This document shows, piece by piece, positions 50,220-62,331 of a stretch of 64,000 bases of DNA (its first letter is position 1; every line of letters starts with the position of its first letter). The position numbers were made by a program, and so were the translations under genes. The stretch covers positions 1,248,001 through 1,312,000 of the forward strand of contig OZ250150.1 in assembly GCA_965237675.1 (NCBI GenBank), read 5' to 3'. This DNA comes from Candidatus Latescibacterota bacterium. Its GTDB lineage: Bacteria; Latescibacterota; UBA2968; GCA-2709665. Below the pieces are notes generated by a model. It was given only the letters and a program-made list of their open reading frames with translations. It searched no databases and was not told where the DNA came from.

Positions 50220-50265
50220 CCACTATATATTGTGTTTTATTTATAGTATATACATTATATAGAAC
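50220..50265. promoter_or_regulatory. Tandem NrdR-box-like sites
   Basis: CCACTATATATTGTGT (15/16 to acaCwAtATaTwGtgt) and a weaker ATACATTATATAGAAC 30 bp later. Confidence 0.6.
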
Positions 50266-50664
50266 CCGAACGCTGTCGGTTGATGGGTAGAAAAGAAGCC
50301 GATTTTTCTTCCTAAAAGCGCTTGACTTTTGGAAATCTATTCTTTAGTTTGACTCCATCCAACAGCCGAGGTGGTTCCTTCGGCAACTCCCCCGTTATAT
50401 GTTCATCATTACTTGAATCTCTATAATTTTATCTAACCGGCTCGGCCACCGGCAGGCCTTTGTATTGTCCGTTTGTAAGGAATTCAACCCTTCCTCTCCC
50501 GCGAATTCCATCCCCCAGAATATCTTCTGTAATACACCCTTCAATAGATGATCTTCTGGCTTCTGGCAGGGTCTGCGTAATTCCCGGCCAACTCTCTCTT
50601 GTATTGAAAATCGGCTTTAGCGACGGTGGATCACCCTCGCTACGGTATGGGCGGTTTAGTCTCC

Positions 50665-52074
50665 ATGGTTGAAAATCCTTCCGACCTCTGGGGCCGGTGT
50701 CTGCGGAAAATCGAGGGGAAAATCGAGGCGGACGCCTACCTGGCATGGTTCAGCCAGACATCCTCGTCGCGACTTGGGGCGACGTTGGCGGTTATCGAGG
50801 TACCACGCTCCTTTTTTGCAGACTGGCTCGAGGAACACTTTGTCGGTTTAATTCAGTCTACAATAGAAGAAATCACCTCCTGGACGCCGGAGATCAAATT
50901 TGCCGTCGGAAATAACGTTCAAACGCCGGCGGGGGCACCCGTCGATTTCTCGGGTACTGACGATTCCGTTCGCCCGCGGAACAAAGAACGGCAAACAAAA
51001 GCGGTCGTTCCTCCACCTGCCTCTGAAGCCGTCTTTCCGCTGAATCCCAGATATCGGTTTGAAGATTTCGTCGTCGGTGAGAGCAATCAGTTCTCATTTA
51101 CGGTGGCGAAAGCCGTCGCGGAGTCCCCTGGCCGGATATCCTACAATCCGCTGGTCATCTATAGCGGCGTGGGCCTGGGGAAAACGCACTTATTGCAGGC
51201 TATTGGAGATTATTGTGTCCGTAACAACACGGCACGCCGGGTGGTATATGTCACGGCAGAGCGGTTCTTTACCGACTATCTGAGAGCCATTCAGAAAAAG
51301 GATACATCCGCGTATATCGAAACCTATCGAAATGCGGACATTCTACTGATTGACGACATTCAGTTTTACGTAAAGACCGAAGCCTGCCAGCGGGAACTCC
51401 TTCACACATTCAACACATTATATCAGCTTAACAAACAGATCGTCTTGAGTTCAGACCGCCCGCCGTCAACGCTTAAAGGATTCGAAGACCGGCTTATTTC
51501 GCGGTTTCAGTGGGGCCTGGTTTCTGATATTGACCGCCCTGACCTGGAAACCCGGATGGCGATTATCAATCAGAAGGCCGGCGATCATGGCGTCTCGATC
51601 CCCCCGGATGTGGCTCGTTTCCTGGCCGAACACGTCAATTCCAACGTCAGAGAACTGGAAGGCGCCCTGACCCACCTCATTACCTTTTCGGTATATAAGC
51701 GCGTACCCATTTCACTCCAAATCGCCCGGGATACCATAAAGAGTCTGGGACGGGTGAAGGGTATCACGTCTCCGGCAATCAGCATCGGGGAAATCCAGAA
51801 GGGAACGGCGGGTTTCTTCAACATCTCCGTGGATTTGTTGACCGGATCCACCCGGAAGCAGGACATCGCCACAGCTCGACATATCTGCATGTACCTATGT
51901 AAACGGCTGACGGGAGCGCCGCTAAAGGCCATCGGAACCGAATTTGGGAATAGGGATCATACAACGGTCATTCACGCATGCAAAAACATAGCTACGAAGC
52001 TTTCAACCGACTCCGATTTTCAGGCACTTGTCAGCCGCATCCAGAACAGGGTTCAACAGTTCGCGTCGGCCTGA
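50665..52074 (+). CDS. dnaA: Chromosomal replication initiator
   Basis: LNPRYRFEDFVVG, YNPL.IYSGVGLGKTHL, LIDDIQF, SNVRELEGAL, RDHTTVIHA. Confidence 0.98.
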   Translation: MVENPSDLWGRCLRKIEGKIEADAYLAWFSQTSSSRLGATLAVIEVPRSFFADWLEEHFVGLIQSTIEEITSWTPEIKFAVGNNVQTPAGAPVDFSGTDDSVRPRNKERQTKAVVPPPASEAVFPLNPRYRFEDFVVGESNQFSFTVAKAVAESPGRISYNPLVIYSGVGLGKTHLLQAIGDYCVRNNTARRVVYVTAERFFTDYLRAIQKKDTSAYIETYRNADILLIDDIQFYVKTEACQRELLHTFNTLYQLNKQIVLSSDRPPSTLKGFEDRLISRFQWGLVSDIDRPDLETRMAIINQKAGDHGVSIPPDVARFLAEHVNSNVRELEGALTHLITFSVYKRVPISLQIARDTIKSLGRVKGITSPAISIGEIQKGTAGFFNISVDLLTGSTRKQDIATARHICMYLCKRLTGAPLKAIGTEFGNRDHTTVIHACKNIATKLSTDSDFQALVSRIQNRVQQFASA

Positions 52075-52229
52075 TCTCGTGTTGCCCGTTGTTTCAATTG
52101 TGCCCCTGACGGGAATCGTGACGGTCGTTGGCGAGTGTGTGCGCAGTTCACGGGATGTGCCCGACGTGTATCATATGTTTGCCCATATGGACCGGTTTCA
52201 ATTTGAAACCGGTTTTTTTTATATCCGAA

Positions 52230-52620
52230 AGTATCCACAGAATAGGCGTTGTAATATTGTTAGAGTAGTTTAAAGGATCTTTTGTTTAACCATTAAATAC
52301 AACAATAACATGTGCGGGTGAAAAGTGGAAAACATTGAAATCAGCCGTTTAGAGAAAGGAAAATCCGGATGTAGTAATGTAGAATTCCTATGGATAACAT
52401 GTGAATATCTGGAAGGATATTCACACCACCCCGGGACCCACGCTACGGGTTGATTGTTATCCACAAATTGTCCGGAAAGTTTTCCACAACACCGGATCTC
52501 GGTAAGTTAAACCGGTAAAATCGTTACATCTGATAATTTAATAGATATTTATCACACGTATCCGGAAAAGTACGTCTTGTATTGCGCTGGTATTATCCAC
52601 AAATGGTGATTGTGAATAGT
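52230..52620. other. Probable oriC
   Basis: dnaA-dnaN spacer with TTATCCACA (52457, 52593), TTTTCCACA (52480), GTATCCACA (52231), TATGGATAA, TGTGAATAG and AT-rich tracts. Confidence 0.85.
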
Positions 52621-52892
52621 CCCCCCGAAGCCCGGCGCGGATAAAGGGTGTCGCGCCGACTGCGGAATGCGACCCGAGGCTGCGGGCGGACAGGTTCGTT
52701 GCGGCCCGCAGCCTCGACGGTCACAACCGCTGCCGGAGGGGCAGAAAGCACTCGCGGTCGTATCGTATTCCACGGTCTCCGGGCGGGGCGGTCAGGCGGC
52801 GGCTGAAAGGGCTGAAACGACAGTCCGTAGGGTGGAGGAACGGGGGGGGTCGGGATGGGGGGTTGTATTGGACCGCAAAAGGGACAAAAACA

Positions 52893-52921
52893 TTGACAAA
52901 TTCGATAAAAATCAGTATATT
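52893..52921 (+). promoter_or_regulatory. dnaN promoter
   Basis: TTGACA-17-TATATT. Confidence 0.7.
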
Positions 52922-53039
52922 ACGTCATGGTTGAAAGTGGCCTGACAAGCCGTTTTTTTGCAACGTATGCAAGCCGGATTTTTGAACCGCAGTTCGGTGC
53001 GGCAACGTCATTGCCAGACCGGTTCTCAGGAGACCGAAA

Positions 53040-54239
53040 ATGAAGGTGGTTATCGAACAGGATATGCTCATCTGGGGCATCAATTCAGTGCTGGATATTG
53101 TCCCTTCCAAAACAGCCCTCCCTGTGCTGTCCAATATTCTCGTCGGGACCAACGAGAGCGGGGAAGTTCGTCTGAGTGCGACAGATCTGGACATTTCCAT
53201 TCAATGTATCCTCAAGGGTACCGTGGAAGCGCCGGGTTCAACCACGGTGCCGGCCAGGAAATTTGCCGAGATAGTACGTGAATTGCCGGAAGGCCCCGTT
53301 GTTCTGACCGAAGAGTCCGGGAGGGTGACCCTTCAGTGCCAATCCGGGCTCGAAGGCACTTATATCCTCATGGCGGCGCCCGCTGAAGACTTTCCCGAAT
53401 TGCCCACGGAGGTCGAGGGCCCCGAGATGGTTTTCGAGACCGGGGAAGACGAGCCTGAGGGTGGTGGCGAAAGTCAGTTGTTGAAGGAGATGATTTTAAA
53501 GACGTCGTTTGCGGTGTCCCGAGATGAAACCAGACCGGTCCTGAACGGCGTGTTCTGGAAGGTAGGCAGCGGCCGGATGACCATGGTTGCCACGGATGGG
53601 GCGAGGCTGGTCAGATACTCCAGGTCACTCTCCGGTTCGGAGGCGCGTGAGGTATCGACGGAAGCAATCGTCCCCACCCGTGCGCTGAACCATCTGGTCA
53701 AGCTGGCGTCGGCAGGCAGCGCCCTGGGCCGGGTGCAGTTCGGGCAGAATCACCTGATGTTCGATCTGCAGGCCGCCAATGACTCCGAAACGAACGCCAG
53801 GGGTGCCATTCGTCTGTTTTCCCGCCTGGTCGAAGGGCCCTATGTCGATTACGAGCAGGTGATTCCTCAGGACAATGGCACAAAACTGAAGGCACCCAAC
53901 AGCCTGTTTACGCCCGCTGTCCGGCGGGTCTCCATTCTTGCAAGCGCAGAGACCCATCAGATTCGTATTGAAATCAATAGCAACCGCGTCGTGCTCTCCG
54001 CCTCGAGCCAGGAGATCGGAGGCGAGGCTCGCGAGGTGCTCGAAGCTGAATATAGCGGCAATGAAATGGTGGTTGGTTACAATTCGAAATATCTTCTCGA
54101 TATTCTCAGGCATATCGACTCCGAGCAGGTGTTGTTTGAGCTGGACGGACCGATGGCGGCGGGGATCATTCGGCCGGCCGAGCAACCGGAGGGCGAAGAC
54201 TACCTGTGCTTGCTGATGCCGCTTCGGATCAACGACTGA
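53040..54239 (+). CDS. dnaN: DNA polymerase III beta clamp
   Basis: LPVLSNIL, SATDLDI, DETRPVLNGV, VATDG, YNSKYLLD, LLMPLR. Confidence 0.97.
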   Translation: MKVVIEQDMLIWGINSVLDIVPSKTALPVLSNILVGTNESGEVRLSATDLDISIQCILKGTVEAPGSTTVPARKFAEIVRELPEGPVVLTEESGRVTLQCQSGLEGTYILMAAPAEDFPELPTEVEGPEMVFETGEDEPEGGGESQLLKEMILKTSFAVSRDETRPVLNGVFWKVGSGRMTMVATDGARLVRYSRSLSGSEAREVSTEAIVPTRALNHLVKLASAGSALGRVQFGQNHLMFDLQAANDSETNARGAIRLFSRLVEGPYVDYEQVIPQDNGTKLKAPNSLFTPAVRRVSILASAETHQIRIEINSNRVVLSASSQEIGGEAREVLEAEYSGNEMVVGYNSKYLLDILRHIDSEQVLFELDGPMAAGIIRPAEQPEGEDYLCLLMPLRIND

Positions 54240-54252
54240 TGGGCGATGCGTT

Positions 54253-55335
54253 TTGTACATTACAGCGCTCAAGCTTGTCAACTATCGGAATTTCGATACC
54301 GTCGACTTTGCGTTTCAGGGCCGGAAAACGGTTGTTTGCGGCGAAAACGGCCGGGGCAAGTCGAACCTGCTCGAAGCCATATACTTCCTTGCCATAGCCA
54401 AGTCCGGCCGGGGGTCAAGAGACAGGGACGTCGTTCGGTGGGGGGCGGATTACTTCAGCATCGACGCGGCGGTTGCCTACGAAGACCACTCGCGGTCGAT
54501 CCGGATCGCATTCGATCGACAAGCGGGCAAAAAAAAAGCACTTCTGGATGCAGCCCCACTCTCTCGTCTTTCGAGCCTTATCGGCACCTTTAATGCCGTT
54601 CTGTTCTTCCCGGAAGATGTAGACCTGGTCTTGCGGGATCCCCCCCAGCGTCGCCGTCTCCTGGACATCCTTGTTTCTCAGTCCCAGACCTCCTATCTGT
54701 CCGATCTGGATCAGTACCGCCGTGTACTCGCCCAGAGGAACCGGCTGCTGAAAGAAGGTCAGGGGCGAGCCCAGGATGTGCGTCATCTCGCGCCCTGGGA
54801 CGTTCAACTGGCGGAATTGGGAGCACGGATTATTCGCGACAGGCTGGATGCGCTTGATGCGATGCGGCCCACAATCGATGACTATTATCGCCAGATTTCA
54901 CACGGCAGAGAACAGATCGGGTCCGTTTACCGAAGTTCCGTAAAGGCCGATGCGCGAGACCGTGGTCAGGAGATTCTGGAGGCCGAACTGCGGCAACGGC
55001 GGGCAGACGAAGCGGGACTGGGCTTTACGCTGGTCGGACCCCACAGGGACCATTTGATTTTCACACTGGATGGCCGGAGCGCTCACAAGTTTGCATCCAA
55101 GGGCCAACTCAAGTGCATTCTGCTGGCTTGGAAGCTTGCCGAGGCGGTCTATCTGGAGTCCCACACCGGTCATGCCCCGGTGATGCTGATGGACGATATT
55201 TTCGCCGAACTGGATAAACGCCGGGCAGAGGCGTTGATGGACCTCGTCGCGTCTTTCGGACAGGTTTTCATTACCTCCGCGCGCGAACTCGAAGTGAATT
55301 TCAAGGACCGAGGTTTTCAGTTGTTGACGCTATAG
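54253..55335 (+). CDS. recF: DNA replication and repair protein RecF
   Basis: NYRN, GENGRGKSNLLEAI, GPHRD, SKGQ, MDDIFAELD. Confidence 0.96.
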   Translation: MYITALKLVNYRNFDTVDFAFQGRKTVVCGENGRGKSNLLEAIYFLAIAKSGRGSRDRDVVRWGADYFSIDAAVAYEDHSRSIRIAFDRQAGKKKALLDAAPLSRLSSLIGTFNAVLFFPEDVDLVLRDPPQRRRLLDILVSQSQTSYLSDLDQYRRVLAQRNRLLKEGQGRAQDVRHLAPWDVQLAELGARIIRDRLDALDAMRPTIDDYYRQISHGREQIGSVYRSSVKADARDRGQEILEAELRQRRADEAGLGFTLVGPHRDHLIFTLDGRSAHKFASKGQLKCILLAWKLAEAVYLESHTGHAPVMLMDDIFAELDKRRAEALMDLVASFGQVFITSARELEVNFKDRGFQLLTL

Positions 55336-55337
55336 CG

Positions 55338-55706
55338 TTGATGGTGCCGCGTGGAGAAAAATTGGCGTACTTTGAAGAGAGTGGAGACCAGGCGCGTCTG
55401 TCCCATCGTAGCGGCGCAGGCATCGTTGCTCTGGGTGAGGCACTGAGAGAGGCCGTACAGGCCCTGGGCATCGAGACGCGGCTTCTGGAAGAGCGTGCCG
55501 TGATGCTGTTGCCTGAGGTTATGGACGAATTCAGCGGTGTGCCGGATGCGATGGCCCGATCGGCCGAGATTCGTCGCGGTGAGCTTGTTATCTGGATCAA
55601 ACACCACGCCGTGCGTCACCGGCTGCTATTCGAGCGGGATCGTATCCAGGCGAGGTTGAATGCGGCCCTGGGGCGCGAAGTTGTAACGTCGATTCGTTTC
55701 GGGTGA
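55338..55706 (+). CDS. DUF721/DciA family protein
   Basis: Position between recF and gyrB; C-terminal RLNAALGREVVTSIRF; divergent, start uncertain. Confidence 0.7.
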   Translation: MMVPRGEKLAYFEESGDQARLSHRSGAGIVALGEALREAVQALGIETRLLEERAVMLLPEVMDEFSGVPDAMARSAEIRRGELVIWIKHHAVRHRLLFERDRIQARLNAALGREVVTSIRFG

Positions 55707-55818
55707 TGAACCGACACGCAGGTGAACACGCCAAAGGCGAGCGTCATCAAGAACCACAAGACATAAAGGCCTTACCGGAGAAGAGCCGGGGTACACGTTG
55801 ATCCAAATAAGGAGTTGA

Positions 55819-57762
<1,944 letters not shown>

Positions 57763-57835
57763 GCGTGTACCACACCTGTCCGGCCGCCCCGCAAGGGCGG
57801 GCGTTGATCTGACAAACACGTAGGAGATAAAACCG

Positions 57836-60322
57836 ATGATGAGCGCGCGACAGCGGATTGTCCCGATGGACATCGGCGATGAATTGAAGAAGTCCATGCT
57901 GGACTATTCCATGAGCACGCTGGTGAATCGTGCGTTGCCGGATGTGCGTGACGGGCTCAAACCCTCGCAACGGCGCATCCTCGTCGCAATGAACGACCTG
58001 GGCCTTGGGCCCACCCGGCAGCACAGGAAATGCGCCAACATCGCCGGGCATACGTCGGGGAATTACCACCCGCACGGCGAAGAAATCGTCTACCCGACGC
58101 TGGTCAACCTGGCGCAGGACTTCAAGCTGCGCTATCCGCTGGTGGACGGACAGGGTAATTTCGGCTCGATCGACGGGTATCCCCCCGCGGCGATGCGATA
58201 TACCGAGGCGAGGATGGCCGGCCCGGGCAGCGAGATGTTGCGGGACCTAGACAAGGATACGGTGAATTTCAACCCGAATTACGACGAACGGCTCATGGAA
58301 CCCGCTGTCCTGCCTTCCCGCTTTCCGAATATGCTCTGCAACGGGGGCGTGGGTATTGCGGTGACTATGGCCACGGCGATTCCGCCCCACAACCTCCGCG
58401 AGGTCGTCGCCGGACTGGTGGCGCTGATCGACAATCCCGACCTGGAAGTCATGGATCTCATGGAATACATCAAGGGCCCCGATTTTCCCACAGGCGGGGT
58501 GATTTACGGGATGAGCGGTGTGCTGGATGCCTACCGCACCGGCCGGGGGTTGATCAGGGTGCGGGCGACCGCCACGGTCGAGACCTTGAAGAACGGACGC
58601 GAAAACGTCGTCATTACCGAAATCCCTTATATGGTGGCCAAAGCCACAATGCTGGAGAAGATGGCCGATCTGGTTCGGGAGAAGCGGGTTGAAGGGATAT
58701 CGAATATTCGCGACGAGTCCGACCGCAAGGGTATGCGGGTCGTGGTGGAACTGAAACAGGACGTCTACAGCGAGGTGGTCCTGAACCAGCTTTACAAACA
58801 TACGCAACTGGAAAGCACGTTCGGCGCCAATGTGATCGCGCTGGTGGACAGGCAGCCCAGGCAGTTGAACCTGAAGCAACTGCTTCAGCACTATATCGAG
58901 CACCGCCATGACGTCGTGGAGCGGCGCACCTCGTACGAGCTTCAGGTGGCCGAAGATCGCGCGCATATCCTGGAAGGATTGAGAATTGCGCTGGATGCGA
59001 TTGAAGAGGTGATTCAAATGGTCCGTGGAGCGGCCGATCCGGATGCCGCCCGTTCGATCCTGATGGAACGGTTGTCCCTGACCGAAAGGCAGGCGCAAGC
59101 CGTCCTGACAATGACCATACAGCGGCTGACGGGACTTGAGCACCGGAAAATCGAAGAGGAATATGGGGTTCTGGTTAACGAGATCGCGCGGCTGAGGTCG
59201 ATTCTGGACAGCAGATCGGAGCGAATGGCGCTCGTGAGGTCGGAATTGTTGGAGGTTGAAGCGAAGTACGGAGATGAACGACGGACCGACATCGTTTTTT
59301 CAGCTTCGGAATTCAATATCGAAGACCTGATCGCGGACGAGGATATGGCCATCACGATTTCGCATCAGGGGTATATCAAGCGAATTCCGGTGGACACCTA
59401 CCGGCAGCAACGCAGGGGCGGGCGTGGCGTGGCGGGGATGCGGACAAAAGAAGAGGATTTCGTGGAACATCTCTTCATCGCTTCCACGCACAGCTATATT
59501 CTGTTTTTGACGGATCGGGGTCACTGTCACTGGTTGAAGGTACACGAGATCCCCGAAGGCGGCCGTGTTTCCCGCGGCCGGCCGGTCGTCAACCTGATCG
59601 AGATCAACGTGGGTCACAAGGTGGCCGCCATTGTGCCGGTCAGGGCGTTTGACGATGGACACTATCTGATGAAGGTGACGCGCGACGGCCTGGTCAAAAA
59701 GACGGTTTTGTCCGCGTACAGCCGGCCCCGGCGCGGCGGGATTATTGCGATGCATATTCTGGACGATGACCGGTTGATCGGAGCCGCGGTCACGAACGGG
59801 TCACAGGAGATTGTGCTGGCAACCCGAAACGGCCAGGCCATCCGATTTCACGAACGGGATGTGCGCGATATGGGGCGCGGGGCCCAGGGGGTGAGAGGGA
59901 TTTCCCTGGAGGGAGACGACGAGGTGGTGTGCATGGTGGAGGTACAGGGCGCCGACAGCACGCTGCTTACGGTCTCTGCGAAGGGATACGGTAAGCGGAC
60001 GGGGGTGTCGGATTACCGGTTGACCCGCCGCGGCGGGAAGGGGGTGATCAACATCAAGGCCACCGAGCGAAACGGAAAGGTGGTGGCGGTGAAAGGCGTG
60101 GTGGATGAGGATGAACTGATGATTGTGACCCTGAATGGAATCCTGATCCGGCAGCCGATCCGGGAAATCAGTTCGATCGGAAGGAATACGCAGGGGGTAC
60201 GGCTCATCAATCTTGACGACGACGACGAGGTGATCGACGTTGCGCGCGTGATTTTCCAGAGTAACGGGGACGGGTCAGAAGGCCTTCCACCGGAGACCGG
60301 TCCCAATGGAAACGCGCTATAG
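57836..60322 (+). CDS. gyrA: DNA gyrase subunit A
   Basis: RALPDVRDGLKP, YHPHG, AAMRYTE, GyrA box QRRGGRG. Confidence 0.98.
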   Translation: MMSARQRIVPMDIGDELKKSMLDYSMSTLVNRALPDVRDGLKPSQRRILVAMNDLGLGPTRQHRKCANIAGHTSGNYHPHGEEIVYPTLVNLAQDFKLRYPLVDGQGNFGSIDGYPPAAMRYTEARMAGPGSEMLRDLDKDTVNFNPNYDERLMEPAVLPSRFPNMLCNGGVGIAVTMATAIPPHNLREVVAGLVALIDNPDLEVMDLMEYIKGPDFPTGGVIYGMSGVLDAYRTGRGLIRVRATATVETLKNGRENVVITEIPYMVAKATMLEKMADLVREKRVEGISNIRDESDRKGMRVVVELKQDVYSEVVLNQLYKHTQLESTFGANVIALVDRQPRQLNLKQLLQHYIEHRHDVVERRTSYELQVAEDRAHILEGLRIALDAIEEVIQMVRGAADPDAARSILMERLSLTERQAQAVLTMTIQRLTGLEHRKIEEEYGVLVNEIARLRSILDSRSERMALVRSELLEVEAKYGDERRTDIVFSASEFNIEDLIADEDMAITISHQGYIKRIPVDTYRQQRRGGRGVAGMRTKEEDFVEHLFIASTHSYILFLTDRGHCHWLKVHEIPEGGRVSRGRPVVNLIEINVGHKVAAIVPVRAFDDGHYLMKVTRDGLVKKTVLSAYSRPRRGGIIAMHILDDDRLIGAAVTNGSQEIVLATRNGQAIRFHERDVRDMGRGAQGVRGISLEGDDEVVCMVEVQGADSTLLTVSAKGYGKRTGVSDYRLTRRGGKGVINIKATERNGKVVAVKGVVDEDELMIVTLNGILIRQPIREISSIGRNTQGVRLINLDDDDEVIDVARVIFQSNGDGSEGLPPETGPNGNAL

Positions 60323-60353
60323 GATTTGAGCCCGGATCCGCCGCCGGTTCTGG

Positions 60354-61661
60354 CTACAGCGCTTCAATGCGGAGGATCTGAGACCGTTCGGTTACAATGG
60401 GAAGGCGATCGATTTGATGAACGGCCGTTCGCATGCTGGCTTCGCGGGCCTCGTGGGTCGTCATAATGAGGGGTACGGTTCCTTGTTCGGTTTCGGACCT
60501 GCCGTGCTGGATGACGGTTGCTATACTGATCTTGTGCTCTGAGAAAATGTGGGCGATCCGTGCGAGTACGCCGGGTTGATCATATACGGCAAAGCGACAG
60601 TAAAAACTGGTTTCGACCTCTTCGGGCGGAATAGGGTCTGCGTGGGGAAGATCGGCGAGGGCGGCACGCCCCGTGGATCGACCTGTCAGACGACGTTCCG
60701 CCAGATCGAGTAGGTCGGAGACCACCGCACTGGCCGTGGGCATCTGCCCGGCGCCGCGGCCATACAGAACCTGTGGGCCAGCGGCATTGCTCACGATCTC
60801 CACGGCGTTGAATTCGTCCTTTATATTTGCGAGCAGTGCGCCGGAGGGCACCAGGACGGGGTGGACGCGGGCTTCAATCCGGTTTCCAATCGCTTTTGCG
60901 ATGGCCAGGAGCTTGATTGTATATCCGAGTTCCCTGGCGAAGTCGATGTCCAGCGGTGAGATGTGCGAGATGCCCTCTTTGAGGATGTGCGAGGGATTCA
61001 GGCCAACTCGGAAGGCGATGCGGCACAAGAGGGCGAGTTTTTGGGCAACGTCCGTGCCGTCGATGTCCATGGTGGGATCCGCTTCGGCGAATCCCTTTTT
61101 CTGGGCCTGGCGGAGCATGGCGTGAAAGTCTCCACCCTCATCGGCCATCCTGGTAAGAATGTAGTTCGTGGTACCGTTGAGAATCCCGTAGATGGACTGA
61201 ATCCGGTTGGCCGCCAGGCCATCCGTAAGCGTTCGGATGACGGGTATGCCACCGCAGACGCTGGCTTCAAAGCCGATGTTTGTGCCGTTGCGCGCGGCGG
61301 CGGTGAACAGGTCGTCGCCGTGTTCCGCGAGCAGGGCCTTGTTGGCGGTGGCCAGATCTTTTCCGTTCTCGAGCGCTTTCAGGCAGAGTTCCCTGGCGGG
61401 ATCGAGCCCCCCCATCACTTCAACGACAATCTGAACATCCGGATCTTCAACGACCTCGCTGGCGCTGGCGGTGAGGATATCCACGGGTAGATCATTGTCG
61501 CGCGATTTGGCAGGATCCCGCACGGCGATGCGCTTCAGATCGAACGCCACGCCACGAATGGACCGGAAATATTCGGCGCGCTGTTTGAGAATACGAACGA
61601 CTCCGGCGCCGACGACGCCCATGCCGATGAGTCCGATTCCGATGGGTTGAGGGTTGGTCAT
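60354..61661 (-). CDS. hom: Homoserine dehydrogenase with ACT domain
   Basis: GMGVVG, TANKAL, EASVCGGIP, GILNGTTNYIL, GFAEADP, DQPGVLA. Confidence 0.96.
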   Translation of the reverse strand: MTNPQPIGIGLIGMGVVGAGVVRILKQRAEYFRSIRGVAFDLKRIAVRDPAKSRDNDLPVDILTASASEVVEDPDVQIVVEVMGGLDPARELCLKALENGKDLATANKALLAEHGDDLFTAAARNGTNIGFEASVCGGIPVIRTLTDGLAANRIQSIYGILNGTTNYILTRMADEGGDFHAMLRQAQKKGFAEADPTMDIDGTDVAQKLALLCRIAFRVGLNPSHILKEGISHISPLDIDFARELGYTIKLLAIAKAIGNRIEARVHPVLVPSGALLANIKDEFNAVEIVSNAAGPQVLYGRGAGQMPTASAVVSDLLDLAERRLTGRSTGRAALADLPHADPIPPEEVETSFYCRFAVYDQPGVLARIAHIFSEHKISIATVIQHGRSETEQGTVPLIMTTHEAREASMRTAVHQIDRLPIVTERSQILRIEAL

Positions 61662-61883
61662 GCTGGAATCCATGGTCCGGATCGTGGAACTCCGTGAATT
61701 GCCGATGGTCGTTTCCGCCCCGGAAGCGATTATCGGATATGGACAGAATTGAGGCAACGGACCAATTATAAGACAAAGGGGAGCGGGAAGCAAGGAGGGA
61801 CACGCCACGAAGTGCGCGCCGACGTCGTCGCCTGGCGATCGTTTCGACCTCCCGGGGGCGGTGTGGCAGACACCTGAAAAGGC

Positions 61884-61912
61884 TTGACAGCTTCAGGGGG
61901 CTGTGTTATCTT
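61884..61912 (+). promoter_or_regulatory. tRNA promoter
   Basis: TTGACA-17-TATCTT. Confidence 0.7.
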
Positions 61913-61960
61913 TACGCCCGCTCAAAACAGAAGTCGATTTGAGCATTTGTTCTATGGTGC

Positions 61961-62039
61961 GGGGTAGTAGCTCAGTATTGGTTAGAGTGCAGGCCTGTCA
62001 CGCCTGAGGTCGCGGGTTCGAGCCCCGTCTACCCCGCCA
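61961..62039 (+). tRNA. tRNA-Asp (GTC)
   Basis: Acceptor GGGGTAG/CTACCCC, anticodon arm CAGGC-ctGTCac-GCCTG, GGTTCGAG T-loop, encoded CCA. Confidence 0.96.
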
Positions 62040-62110
62040 TATAAAAAAAGGATGGCCACGGAAGGCCTCCCCCGATCGCCCTCCGCCCGTGCAGAGGGAT
62101 GCGGACTCCC

Positions 62111-62144
62111 ACCACTTCCTTTCACCGGGACGGGTGGTTTTTTT
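62111..62144 (+). terminator. Terminator-like hairpin after the tRNA
   Basis: ACCACTTCC...GGACGGGTGGT followed by a T-run. Confidence 0.45.
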
Positions 62145-62331
62145 GTGTTTGTGTTGATAATGCCCGACTCAAAGCAGGGTCGGGCGTTTTGGTGTTACGG
62201 TCGGGCCTTCCGGAAAACCCTGTTCACTGGTCAATAGACCATTGCGATCGCAGCTCCGTGGCTGACGATTTTTGCTACCGGCGCGTTCGCGTGTGAAGCA
62301 TTTGCGGCAGAGGGGAACCGGGGGAATTTGA

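Noticed and set aside
61961-62330. Island integrated at tRNA-Asp
   Set aside because: No integrase and no duplicated tRNA 3' end seen; housekeeping mfd follows directly
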